This document shows positions 14,101 to 26,849 of a stretch of 64,000 nucleotides of DNA, piece by piece. Position numbers and translations under genes: made by a program. The stretch covers positions 62,001 through 126,000 of the forward strand of contig KZ538060.1 of the NCBI GenBank assembly GCA_000934665.2, written 5' to 3'. Origin of the DNA: Catajapyx aquilonaris (taxonomy: Eukaryota). Numbering within the stretch: position 1 is the first letter of the stretch; every line of letters begins with the position of its first letter. Under the pieces are notes generated by a model. That model was given only the letters and a program-made list of their open reading frames with translations, was not told where the DNA came from and searched no databases.

Positions 14101-14629
14101 AGACTGGGATTTTGGGTAGCCGCATTATGGGCACAGAGGTGTAACAAATGAATGAGACTCATGAATCAATAAGCTCCATTTAACCGATAATCCGTGTTAA
14201 AATATCTGACTTGACTTTTCAGCAAATTTGATTTCCTGAGCCTTGAATGGTTGTAAAAAATTGTGAGTGTACCCAATAACTGTTATGGGGGGGGGGGGGG
14301 GANGGGACTAATAAGCAGCCCCCCCGATGTAAGAATAAATCGATCTGTCCTACCCTGTCTCCGCTTTTTCCTATTTCTTTTCGCTATCGGCTTGGAATGC
14401 ATAAATAATGTCCTTTCCTCCTCCTTTTATTCTTCAGGAGCCCACTCATCCCTAGGGATTAATAGCATTAACTCGGTCGAAATTAAAGGAGTAATCGGAT
14501 AAAGATTCCGGTTTCAAAAGCTGTTGTCATCTGAAATTACCCGACACCACCCTTTTCCTTTGCCCGTCGCATTAAGGAACTGCAAACACAACCCAGTTCA
14601 AGTTTCGTCCTTTGCCTTTGGAAGAAAAG

Positions 14630-14722
14630 GAAGAAGAAGAAGAAGAAGAAGAAGAAGAAGAAGAAGAAGAAGAAGAAGAAGAAGAAGAAGAAGAAGAAGA
14701 AGAAGAAGAAGAAGAAGAAGAA
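14630..14722. repeat. (GAA)~31 microsatellite
   Basis: Read directly; it explains the poly-R and poly-S ORFs. Confidence 0.98.
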
Positions 14723-15039
14723 AAAGAAGAAAAAAAAGTCGAGGTCTCATACCTGTTTTTGTGTGTGTCCTTTCTCAATGCATAATTTATGCTTTGGGCT
14801 AAATTGGGTGAGAGGATTTTGGCTGCAGTGGAGAAGAGGATTTTTCAGGCCCATATTTCAGTCACTCGCAAGGCTAGATGGATTCCACTGATGAGCATTT
14901 GGTGCAAATACAGGTGTGAAGCAGGGCCTAAAGCTTAGTCAGAATATAAATAAAACTTGATTCGCAGGCAATCAAATGTCTTCCACACTTCCAAAAATCT
15001 AGGTTATTTTTAGCAGTACCGTATGTGTCTAAAATTGAA

Positions 15040-15400
15040 AATTTCAATATTTGAGATTTTTGCATTTTAAAATTTTTTTAATTACTTTGTTGTTGTTACT
15101 ATTGCTATTAATACAATAATTAATGCATAAAATTAAATTAATACAATAATCAATGTACAAAATTAAATTAAATTATTACCATACATTAACGAATTACATT
15201 AAATTATATATTAAAATAACGTATGAACTGTATACATTAACGTACAAAAATAAATTATAATTAAATTAATGCGTGAAATGTATAAATGCATAAAATAAAA
15301 ATTCACCTTCTAATTTTCACGGTATTAATAATTATTCATACTGTATTATTTCCACAAACACAACCTTAAATAAGCAAAATTATATTACTGTACCAGTAAA
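15040..15400. repeat. Very AT-rich low-complexity tract (AAATTAAATT-like units)
   Basis: Composition and recurring AAATTA/TACATTAA motifs. Confidence 0.6.
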
Positions 15401-15452
15401 TCTATATGAAAAAAGCCGTTTGTGAGTCTGTCTGTCTGTCTGTCCGCCTGCC
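15401..15452 (+). mobile_element. Possible 5' end of a non-autonomous Helitron
   Basis: A|TCTATATGAAAAAAG followed by (GTCT)n resembles the 5' architecture of arthropod non-autonomous Helitrons. No clear 3' end was found. Confidence 0.35.
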
Positions 15453-16221
15453 AACCGTCATTTGCCTACCATCTGTGCTCCACCCCCAGGCCGCGAGAGG
15501 ATGGAGGTGTTGGGGGTTGACTACAGATGGCAGGACAATGATGGTTGCCGTTATACAGGCGGGAGAGATTGAAGGTGTTGGAGTAGGAGGACCACAGATG
15601 GCATTGGTGGGCGGACACACAGTTGACGGGGCTACTGGAAGGTGTTTTCCCTTCATTCATTTCTTTCCGGGTTATTAGTTATTTGCTTACTTTTGACTGT
15701 TTATTTTCAATTTATATTTGCTTGCATATTATTAGTCAACATTGCTCCAACTGTACACCCATAGTGAGATCATGTGTAGTCTACATCATGGTTTGAAATC
15801 CTTGCTGAAATCAGTTTCGACGCACAACACACGCCACTCTTTACGCAACATGCGAAACAAGCTTCCCACATCTGACGTCACTGACTCAATTAACAACGGA
15901 CCCGCCTTAAAAATTACCTGCAGGTCATTACCCACGCATTTTTGCGGTGGCATCAGACGAATTGCGACGCCCACGCTATCCAACCACTTTTTGCACTCCC
16001 AAGCCTCATTCTGTGGTGATATTAATCTAGCGGCGTACGTGTAGGAGGGATATGGAGCCACATTACACCCTTGCTACCCCCTTGATTTAAATTCTGTCTT
16101 CTCTATCCCCGTTTATGTTAATCATGGAGGTAGAAAACTCCCGTTGCTAATTTTTAATCTTCCGGAGCCCACCGAGCCCGGGCGTAAAATAATTACTGTA
16201 CTTTTTGCAGGGGGGGGGGGG

Positions 16222-16345
16222 NNNNNNNNNNNNNNNNNNNNNNNNNNNNNNNNNNNNNNNNNNNNNNNNNNNNNNNNNNNNNNNNNNNNNNNNNNNNNNN
16301 NNNNNNNNNNNNNNNNNNNNNNNNNNNNNNNNNNNNNNNNNNNNN
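16222..16345. other. Assembly gap (124 N) following a G homopolymer
   Basis: Run of N. Single Ns also occur in G/C homopolymers at 14303 and 55869. Confidence 1.
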
Positions 16346-16455
16346 GATAGGCCAGACCTGAAGTTATGGCGTTTTGTGTTAAGTAAGGTCATGATGCGTC
16401 TATAAATAGTACAAAAATGCCAATTATTACTGCTGTGAATACCACGAAACGACTG

Positions 16456-16503
16456 CACTCTTAACCATTTACCCTCTCTAGAGAAGGTAAATGGTTAAGA
16501 GTG
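16456..16503. repeat. 48-bp near-perfect palindrome
   Basis: CACTCTTAACCATTTACC-ctctctagagaa-GGTAAATGGTTAAGAGTG, with perfect 18-bp arms. Confidence 0.9.
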
Positions 16504-17379
16504 TGCCTCAAGTATGTGGAATATAGCCCGATAATGCATTCAAGTTCAGTACAGCCCGGTGTTTATGCAATTATATGATCGAATAATTATGATTATAGAA
16601 CTTCAAATATTGCTCCTCGATTCAGTCAAGCGGTGTTAAACATCAGCATACTATTCATCGTTGTTCTGCGTAAGCCCTGGAGTGGTGTACGGTGTACGGT
16701 GGTGTACATTCTTGTTTAAAACATGTAACGAGAGACGCTACGGTGTGGGTGTACGTTTACGACTTGATATTCCCGTATACCTTTCTCCTGACGTATACCA
16801 CACTAGCAACAGGTATACCGCAAAAGCAGATAATCGATGAGCGTAAAAGGTGCAGAGAAAATGGAAAAAAACAAGAGAAGCTAGAGTATGGCAGGTTAGG
16901 TATAAGTTCCACCCCCCCCCCCCCACAGTTTTTTTCTCATTTTGAAAGATGCAAGAAGGTAGGGGGGGATGGCATCAGCAAGGGAGAAATGAAAGGAGGC
17001 GTAGGCGTCTTGGGTTATCTCTCTTGGTCGACCACGAACTGGATTTGCATAATGCAGTCAAAGTCTCCTGCGGCCGACTCTGCAAATGAAAAGACACTTG
17101 GAGGGTGGGCAGGTGGGGGAAGGAGGAGCGCTAATCGAATGCAAAGCAGTTTAAATTGGGTGGGAGGGATGGGTTTGGAGACAAAAATCTTCTATCCATC
17201 TCACCTCCAAGGTAACTACTGATTCGGATATATTGCAGTCACGTAACTGCGGTGTGTGATTTCTTTGCGCTTATTTAACCCAGATATGCATAATATCCTA
17301 TATAAAGGACGCTGCATATGGTATGCATCATGCAAGGATGAAAAGTGAAATATTTAAAAATTAAATTTAAAAAATTAGT

Positions 17380-17630
17380 CAGTGCTGGACATTAATTCCG
17401 TCATACTGCTAGCGACATTTTTCGATGCGGCAGATGTGCAAATTGAAGTGATAGAGTGTGAGCCGTGCGAGTAAGAAATGGTAGCCCTTGGGTGACGTCA
17501 CTAGCTGGGGACTCCATTGCCCCCCAGCCGGTGACGTCACTCAAGGCCTACCACTTCTTACTCGCACGGCTCACACTCTATCTGCCTCATCATAAAATGT
17601 CGCAAGCAGTATGACCAATGTCCAACACTG
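17380..17630. mobile_element. Fold-back / MITE-like long imperfect palindrome
   Basis: Core arms at about 17450-17510 and 17522-17582 are near-perfect reverse complements (GATAGAGTGTGAGCCGTGCGAGTAAGAA... / ...TTCTTACTCGCACGGCTCACACTCTATC). Outer arms CAGTGCTGGACATT..GTCATACTGCT.GCGACATTTT and AAAATGTCGC.AGCAGTATGAC..AATGTCCAACACTG also pair. No clear TSD. Confidence 0.75.
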
Positions 17631-19654
17631 TTCGGGCGTCACAATACGTAGCAGTTTATACAACTTGAAACCCAAGACTGCGGATTTCAACTCTTAGGAC
17701 ACCATTTTGGTCTCGTCTTCTCTCTCAAGGCAACCCTTATTACCTTCCAATATCCGGCTGTTACGTGATTAAGTCCCGATATCCCATCAGCCTCTCCCCG
17801 TCAAATTAACTTATAAGGGTACCGAGACGTAAGGTATTGTGCAGGAACATCATGGCGCATCATATTTTTAAAAAAGTGAGATTGTAATTACATCGTGTGT
17901 TGGGCAAACAATGGTGTTAAAACAATCTGTTGCGGAGGAAGGTGCAAACATCATCTCGAACTATGATATTAAACAGTTGTTTATGTAACGTATTGCCAGA
18001 TTTACATAAGAAATAGGAAGGTAGAACGCCTTGAAGAAAAATATTGCTTCGGCATTTCAAGTATAGTAAGAGGATGAAACTACTAAACTACTGTGGAAGA
18101 ATAACAGGCTGTAAAATGTTTACAGACTATTTTAAAATTCTTCCAGAGTAGTTTAGTAGTTTCAGCCGCTTCAAATACAGCACTTGCATGTTTAGAAAAT
18201 GCTCCAACTTGTATCTCACCTGGATAATTACAATCTATGTCCTTTTGCCCTCGAGTTATAAACTCTCTACTTTCACTTTGCACTTATTTGAAAAGTTCTT
18301 AATCTCTACAAATTTTTGCATAAAAAAGTTTAGCTCCAATATTGCATCAAGACGCTTGTTTGAATTGCTCGTCTCACATTATTCTGGTTAAGGTCAGACA
18401 CAACTTTGTACCTAACTTGTACTCGTGGAATAAAAGAGTGAAGGTGCTAAAAAAGACATAAATTTTAATGCTCAAGACTTGACCCAGAAATATCGATATA
18501 TCAGTACATCGCATATATCGGCATCAGCTAGTCGCATAATAAAATTCATAATGTAATTCTTACATGCTGTTGTTGTTAACTGCGCATTTTCAAGCATCAG
18601 GTGGTATATAGATGACGGCCAAGTGTTAACGCCCTAACCATACAACTACGTCAGAACCTAGAAAGTCAGTAGGTAAAAAATTATCCAAGTGGGATTCCCT
18701 AATGGAAGTCAGGTGCGCAGGAAAATAAAAAGGGGAGGTCGAGCCCAAATATTGTATAAATTCGGGGACCTTTGTGTGCTGGAGACGACTCTTGATGAAG
18801 ATTTCTTGGACGCTCCCGACCGATAAATAAATTAAATGCCTCCCGACTGTTTGCGCAACCCTGTCCTTTTTATAGGACCACCCTGAGAAATGGCCTCCAT
18901 GCTTCGGTTGGCTTATAACCCACCGCATTTTAGGTCTGCATATATCCAGAACACATCCAAAAATCAGCCATATTATTTTAATTGCTGCCAAAAAAAATCG
19001 AGTTTGATATAGTATGGGTGCTATTTTTCCAATAGTGTAACCTCATGGGATAGCAGTCTAGAGCAATCATTCTAGCTGCATCCTAAATTTTTCAAGTCTC
19101 CGGAGTCACATCTGCATCCAACTTCGGATCGTAAATGCTCTTTACATGTCCCCAAGGCGAGGTCTGAAGAAATAAATGGTTTGTCTGTTTGAAGGATGAG
19201 AAGGGTTGACGAGGTTGCTGATTATACATCCCATTTAGACACCTACAATATGAACACTTCCAAGGAAAGAAAATACTGTAAATATTCATGGTCTCTTTTG
19301 TGTATCTGATGTGTCAAAGTGATACAAACGACTTCTAGGGAAACACCTTCCCACTTTTTGGACCAATTCAAGGATAAGTCTTTCGGGAAGGCACAAAAGT
19401 CGCACAACTTTTGGGTTCCTAAAGCCCTGATACATGACCAAAGGCAAACCCCCTGCAGAGTCATCACGTCTTGGAAGAGTTAAGGTGAGAAAAATCTCAA
19501 GAAAAGAAAAGGAGGGGGAAAAAAATTATAATCTCTCATGTCCTTTTCGATCCAGGATTTTCAAGCAGGTCAACTTTCTGATTCTTATTCCGAACTTTTC
19601 AGTTGTAAGTTGTAACATACACTGCGTCACAAAGTATCGCCGTTATTTAAAATC

Positions 19655-20112
19655 ATTAAAACCGTTATTTTAAAACCCGTTAAAAACCGTTAAACCGTTA
19701 CTTTTTTTTGTTACCCCGTGATAGAGCTCGTGGCCCTCTTAGGGGGGAAGGGGAAGTTCCCAAGGGAGGGCGCCGTGCGAGCCATTTCTGACATTCTTTA
19801 ACACCAGGCCTTTTCTCCTGGCCCCGAGCAGAGAAGGGAGTGCAATTCTGCTCCGGCATGTCGGGTGAAAAGCGGAGAAAGACCCGGCCAAGCAGAGGTG
19901 ACGGGGAACCCCGGCCTCCCGCTTGGCTGGCCAGCGGCGTAACCGCTAGACCACCATGCCGCCCCTTAAACCGTTACTTTAAAAACCGTTAAAACTGTTA
20001 CTTTAAAAACCGTTAAAACAGTTATTTTAACCCCCAAGCCGTTAAACCCGTTACTTTAAGAGCCATTAAACCCGTTATTTAAAATATTTTATTTTAAAAC
20101 CCCTAAAATGTT
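19655..20112. repeat. Degenerate AAACCGTTA-type simple satellite, interrupted by the SINE
   Basis: Repeated AAAACCGTTA/AAACCGTTACTTT units lie on both sides of the SINE. Confidence 0.75.
19705..19965 (-). mobile_element. tRNA-Gly(GCC)-derived SINE, apparently full length, with A-tail and 15-bp TSD
   Basis: The minus strand begins GGGGCGGCATGGTGGTCTAGCGGTTACGCCGCTGGCCAGCCAAGCGGGAGGCCGGGGTTC. This contains an A box (TGGTCTAGCGG, 19943-19953), tRNA-Gly-like GCCA.GCGGGAGGCC.GGGTTC and a degenerate B box. A roughly 190-nt body and a short oligo-A follow. TTAAACCGTTACTTT occurs identically at 19690-19704 and 19966-19980. Confidence 0.85.
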
Positions 20113-22686
20113 ATTTGAAATGGGCGCATATATGTTATTATAGCTGCCTTTTAATTAATGTGGGTTTTTTGCCCAATGTGTTAACCTACACCAGTAGCCT
20201 ACATTAAAACACGTGGCAACAAATGTCATGTGCAATACTTTCCAAGCCTGCGGATTCGCTCTTTGAATTCATGCCGAAAAAAATAAAAGTTCGAAAAATT
20301 AAAGTTCGAACAAATGTAATTTCCAGCTCACTCCTGAAGCAACAGGCTTAAAATAAAGGCCTGAAGCTTCCATTCAACAATATTCCGTAAAGTTCATGGC
20401 TTCATTGCGAAACTAACTTATAATCAAAAAAATTCACGCATAAAACCACGACGCATCCGAACAATATTTGTCCAAAAAAAAAGTTAGTTTTTTCAACTCC
20501 CACACAACTGAAGCATTAGTAGTAGCCTACCGTAATGTTGACGACAAAAGTTTTGTCCAGAAAGGTCTTCGACTTTTTTTTTTGCCAATTTTTCCTTTCA
20601 TTTCTCCGGTAAAGAATATCCTCCCAAATAAATATTCTCTCAGCATTGCAATCTGTCTCATCCAATTTTCTTCTTCTCCTTGAAGCCCCCCAAAAGTTTC
20701 CCAGCAGGACAATAAGGTCTGGATAAGAACCTTTCCTCTCATGTTTCACCGGAGTTCATTGGACTTGTTGCTATGTTTTTTTCTCGGCGAAAAATCTACA
20801 TGGCATATACACTAGGATCGTCAAATTAGAATTGTTTGTGCTCAAAAAACTTTCGGTAAACTTAGACCACAGCAATTTTTTTCGTACACTTGAGCATCGA
20901 TGACATTTCCGACGTAGATGCTATATTTCAATGGCCTTCAGAGTCCCTTTTCCTTCCGTTCCATCTCCTATAGCAACCTCCTCTTCAGAAAAAGCTTTTT
21001 GGAAGCCACCAAAAAAAATGGAGGAAGCAATTCGAAAATAAGGATCCGGATGCCAATTGAAGCGTCGATTGTGTCTGTCGATCCCCAGCGCCAGGGAGGT
21101 TTATGGTTGGAAAAGGCAAGGAAAATTTGCATGTAACTATCCTGGAGTCAACACAGCAATTCTACTGGGTCCAAGTTGGGTCGTAAAAGATGCAAGTGTA
21201 CTATCCCCTCTACGCCGTGCAAAAGTGACGTGTTAAGTGGAACAAACTGCAATGTTTGCTATGGGGGAGGTCACTCCACTTGTACTCGGCCGAAGGGCAT
21301 TCGGCCAAAAGTTGGACTCGGCTGATTGGATTTTTGGTTGCGTCACTTCTCCAACTTTTTTTTAAAAAAAAACTATTCGTGGGCGAAACTGCAGAAGACT
21401 GGCCATATATTTTGCACCATCAGATTTGGTTCAAAGTTGCTTATCAGAAGCTACTGCCATCTTGTTTTCTAACTCGCAAGAGCAGCAAAAAAGGCGCTAA
21501 ATTTTAAAATCATTATCCATTGCATGCTTGCGTATATAACAACAATATCATTTTGACTCCCACGCTATAGTTATATTATACTGTAGGTTCCGTCTGCAGT
21601 GCAGTATTTCATAGCAAAACTATTGCGGAATAGTTGTGGTCGATACCGTTAAGCCCACTTATATATGTTCAGAAATGTAGGATGCCACCCACATATTATT
21701 ACCTCAAATATTTTCAGAACTGACCCTCTTCATTTCCATCCAAAAAAGCGTAAAGCAAAAATTCGCTAAGCAGCTTAACAGTCCTGCAATTTTAAAGTGC
21801 TTCGCATTTCACAGTACATGTATGCCGTACTTGAATTCAGCGGTCACCTGCCGCTCGGATCCTCTCCAGTGTTTGTCGTCATCAACTTAAGTAGGCGATT
21901 ATTGTCGCTATTAAAACGCACTTGGCCCCCCTCATTGACAGCGGGTGAAGAGGGTTTTTGTGTGACTGTACACGCCCATTTGACACCCCCAAACAAAATG
22001 GCCAGAGCGTGCTTACTGCACTGGATATGACCCACTAATAGCCAAAGGGCACAGGATGACGAGGGAAAAATCCGAACCATGTACTAATCACTCAGTTGTT
22101 ACAACTAGCTTTGATCATACGTCAACCAGAACACGAAAAAAATATATAGGAAAACTCTCTAATGTTGTATTTGTTGTACTTTTGTCCATATCAAAAGTTG
22201 AGTCGCTCCATCAGAAGAATATTGCACTCATCCATATACCATTCTTCGGCCAAGTACCCAGAGTCCTCTATCCTGGAGCATTCAACCCGAATAATCTGAA
22301 GCTGAGGCTGAAGCCCATTTCCAATCTTAATGGAAGAGTAAACTGCGTATAACTGATTACTCAAGTCGACCTCGGCATCTGATACGCTCAAAATCCGGTG
22401 GTCAAGAACCCAGGTGTTACGTAACTATCTAAAGATAGAAACCGAATGCGATGACTCCCAGGAGCATACTAGTTCTGAGACTGCAGATTAACTTTGGTCC
22501 TATAATTCAACACTCCAAAACCACCAAGCTACTCGGATACACAGCAATCCAAGTACCCAAGTTCGGACCCAAGTTTTGAAATAATCATGGTAGTGTGGGT
22601 GCATAAATCCAGTGAAACAGAATAGTTGTATTAAATATTCTTTAACTCTAAAGGAACTATTTATCTCCAATATTCTGTACACATTC

Positions 22687-22847
22687 TTTCAACTGTTTTC
22701 AACGTTTGTTAACGGTTTTTTAACGGCTTCAACTGTTTGCAACGTCTTTTAACGGCTTTTAACGGCTGTCAACTGTTTCAAAAAACCTTACACACTCTCT
22801 TTAACTGTTTAACGGTTTTCAACGGTTTTTAACGGTTTCAACGTTTC
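22687..22847. repeat. Degenerate TTAACGGTTT/TCAACTGTTT simple satellite
   Basis: More than ten units of about 10 bp; same motif family as 19655-20112 in the opposite orientation. Confidence 0.75.
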
Positions 22848-23560
22848 CAAGAAAACGCTGCACGTACTCTTCCAGTGTATATATAGACCCGGCAGAAGGT
22901 GAAGCCAAACATCGACAGCAATCTTCCTATCCTCGTCTAAGTGCTACCTGACGCTTGATCCGCAAGGAAAGGCGGACACCAGGACAGAGACAGATGAACC
23001 AAAAGCACGACGCATTTGTCATTCGGTGTGTCTCTATAGGCCCTTTGGATGTTCGTTGGTGGAAAATGCGGGGAAAGGGGTCGGTTTGTTGGGGGGACAC
23101 GAGGATTATCCTATCCGAGGGCTGGGAGCGTGGGCGAGAATATCGAGACGGATTAACAGGGCTTACAAGCCCCGACCCCGAATCCGGATGTTTCGGGGTG
23201 CTTTCTGCCCGGGTTCCCCCTCTCTTTGATTCATTACGGTTTTTGTCCCCAGCCCGGAATCGAGCCTGGCCAATACATTTTGTTTGTGGCTCTAATTGCG
23301 ATTTGGACTACCGGTGGTGACGTCATGGTGGATCAGCAGGTTAATAATGCAAGTGTGGCGCGGATTGACAAACATGTGTACGATTCTTGCTGAGAACGGA
23401 CGCTGAATATTGTACATCGGAGCAATCGATAGTGTCACCTGAAATAAAATGAGACGAAATGTCAACCTGAATAACACAAATTTACAAAAAGAAATGATTA
23501 TTGCGCAGAATAATAATTGGCAAAAAAACTTAACCCGATATAGGACGCTTGTTGTTGTTG

Positions 23561-23660
23561 CTAGTTTCTCCTCCCATCCACCAGAGGCGCTGCGCTGCCT
23601 CCTCCCACTGCGCCGGCGCAGAACGGGGGCCAATCGGAAGCATCTCGCAAACAACGAAAG
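23561..23660 (-). repeat. Copy of the same dispersed repeat
   Basis: The reverse complement reads ...GCTTCCGATTGGCCCCCGTTCTGCGCCGGCGCAGTGGGAGGAGGCAGCGCAGCGCCTCTGGTGGATGGGAGGAGAAACTAG. Confidence 0.8.
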
Positions 23661-25786
23661 ATTTTCTGCATTTGTTCATTAAAAATACCTTAGTTAATTA
23701 TTAAACAAAAAAATAATTCTGGAACATCTGGGTTAATATTAGAAAATCTATTCCTGGACACCAAGCGATTTTCGATATATCGAATTCTTGTCTAAATGTG
23801 TATACGGCAGATGGGTCAATTTTCAGAAGAAACTACTGTATATCCCTTCTTGTCGGTACTCATTTTACATGAGCTGCTTAGATGGAACTCACGCTATGCA
23901 TGCGTGACATCAAGTGATAAAATGCATGAACATCAGCGAGTGCAAAATTGAGAAAGCCAATTAGCTTCGAGCAATTATGAGAGAGTTCGTCCTTAATTTT
24001 TCACCTGCGAAAATGTCCTGGAAGATGTGATTACGTGAAAACACTTATTTTTCTTGCAAGACAATTTCGCTCACATTTACCTGGTCCAACATGACACACA
24101 CCTCCTGGGAAAAAGTTACATGCAAAACAGCGTTATTTTTTTCCACATCATATTTGGTCAAAGGGGGATCCCTACATAGTTCATCTGCCAATGCCTGCTG
24201 TCGGAGTCACTTCCGGATGCAATCAGGCTTTCATGGAATTTTCAACAGTGATTTTCCAAAGCGGGGGGTTGTAAAACCGATTGTCAGAAACGTGCAGTCA
24301 CCCTATCGATTCTGCAATGACATTTGACTTCCGAAAATCTGTCCACCGCTAATTGGAAAAAGGGTGAGGTGAATGTGTTGACACCACCTGACATCGCTAC
24401 CGGTACATTTATTGATGGTCGTTTCGTCTAAGTGCTTTTGGTGTATCAACCTAAATGTCACGTGAAGTGTATGTGGAAGTTTTGAATTAAATTATGCTCT
24501 TCGCTCTTCATGCATGTTTTAGTAAAACGGTATACTGTGGACGTTGCTATATTCAATATGGCATATAGCATCATAAAGCATTTTCATTTCCAGAGAACTC
24601 TTGCAGCCCATATGACACACAAAAAATGTCGTCCGTTTATTGCACTATCCCAATTTTTCTGGTCTGATTTACGTTGTCCCTTCCAACTACAGTACAACAA
24701 CCAGGTTCATTGTCCCCCTGACTTTTCACACCCCCTGTGCGGCGCAACAAGTCCGTAAAGGCCACAGGTAACACGCTATTATGAGAATTCGGCACCTTCT
24801 ATATTCACCTGCATAATGCTACTATACCCTAATTCAAAGCCAGTCTTTGTATAATTTAACGCCTGTTTCATATCCACAACATTGTGAATAATACAAGCCC
24901 GCATAAAGGTCTATTGCAAACAGGTTACAGTTTATTTTTAAAGCTGTTATCCAGTAGCCAGGTAGTAAAATAATGTGCGCAGCGCAACGCATAGACTTAG
25001 CCTATAATTTACTATAGGCCTACAGTGCCCTCCAAAGATTTATGTCGCTACTGTACAATGCGTAACACGGATGCTCTCCATTATTAGCCTGTATTTATAG
25101 CTGTACAGGGTGGCACCCAACATTTCTACAGATTTAAGTCCTTGATTTTCAGTACCATTGAAGCTTCGAAAAACAAATAATAATGCATATACCCTTCTAT
25201 AAACCTGATGTGGCTTGCGGACCACCACTCCGCAAAAGTTGATTACGTGGTTTGCTAGAGCTTTATAGAAATGAAATACCGCACTAACCTTTAGTTCTGA
25301 AATCCGCGGTTAACCCCGTCGAATGTGCAAACGATGAAAATGTTATGCCTTGCATGTGCTGATTCTGAATGTCCATTGAAACATGTCTGCGTCACTGTAC
25401 GGTCGAGAGTACAAAGATTCACGACTTTATGCTCCGCGCGAAGAGCATAAAGTTGATCCTCGCGAAGCGCCTAAAATCGCTAGAGCACCTTTATCATCGC
25501 GACTGTACATTTTCATATCGCATGATATTTCTGGTAGTTTTCTCCTGAAAAATCAGTGTTCTAATGGCGTGGGTTCCTTCTGCCATATTCCCTCACCTTT
25601 TTCTTTTTCCTAGTGGTGCAGATGCCATGTTTCCCACTAACCTAATGAACGAATCATGACGCGATTCATCAGGTTGCTCCCAGCAGCCAACAGAGAATGG
25701 GGCGTGAAATGATTTGTCTGCAGAAATTACATCCACCATACAGTGTATCTGGCATCCAAGCCCTCATTTTGTGGAACATGGATGAG

Positions 25787-25827
25787 GGGGCGAGACATGG
25801 GGCGAGACAGGGGGCGAGACAGGGGGG
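25787..25827. repeat. 12-bp tandem repeat GGGGCGAGACA(T/G) x3
   Basis: Read directly. Confidence 0.85.
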
Positions 25828-26849
25828 CGGCGAGGCTTCTTGGGGCCTGCCAGATTGCTCTGCATCTTTTTTGGATGGCAAGGCAGCAGGCAGGAACCAT
25901 CGAACTTTATGGTCCTCGGATGAATTGCAATCCCTGAGACTTTGGCAATCCTCCCCCGCAGTGATGCTCGGTCAGCCGGATTGCCGGGGGTAAATATACT
26001 CCTATGGGGTAACATGGAAGGAGAAGGCTAAGTAATGTCCGGGGTGATGGCTATATCTGCTGATGCGCCATTAAGATCTATTTCGTCGCCCCCGCATATC
26101 CTAGAGATATCCGGTCCAAAGAGGAGGAAGAATCTATGAATCACTAGGTAGCTGGCTTTTAGGAGGCGTCACGTCCTGTGTTTGACGTCATCACCTTTTG
26201 ATACGTATCGGTTGGTATTTTTAGAACAGAAGGTGATTTATAGCGTGTGTATGGAGAAGCCGTGGTAAATTATTCGTTAGGGGGGGCAAGCAATCCACAT
26301 TTGCGGCATCGATCATGTAACGCACGGAGCATATGGAAGGGACTCAGGGTTCGAGGTCACAACCTGCCATTTGTATCCGTACAGGTTTGACCTGTACTTT
26401 TCATTAAGAAGTACAATGTTTTCCATCTTGAAAAAAATAATTAAAGTTAATATTAGAAAAAAAGCAGTCATAAGCTGATCCATCGGATATGGAGTTCAAA
26501 TAATTCCAATTGTAAACAAGGCATGACATCACTGGAAGAACCGCTTACAACTGAGATATGAATGGTGCTCTTTAAATAGATGCGCGCTACAGTGCATCAT
26601 CATCATGCAATATATAGAAGCAAAAAAAAAAGCTGAAATATCATAAAATCGCTCGCTCGTATGGGAAATCACATGAGCGTGAACAAGTCATTTGCTGTAA
26701 AATGTGTGTGTTTTTTTTAAATTGCCCCGCTGCGCTGTATTGTTAGAGTTCTGCACGGTTTCTCACGTGTCTCGAATTTTTCTCCTACTCATGACACTCC
26801 ACAAATGTCACATGCCACATTAGCATAATATTTTTTTTTTTAACATATG

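Noticed and set aside
14524..14802. Poly-Arg / poly-Ser ORFs
   Set aside because: They are translations of the (GAA)n microsatellite.
18083..18400. Possible hAT transposase remnant on the minus strand (CETSNS...LDAILEL)
   Set aside because: Resemblance to the hAT TRWNS region is too faint, with multiple stops; not supportable without a search.
19895..19965. Functional tRNA-Gly gene
   Set aside because: The B box/T arm and acceptor stem are degenerate, and the body, A-tail and TSD identify it as a SINE head.
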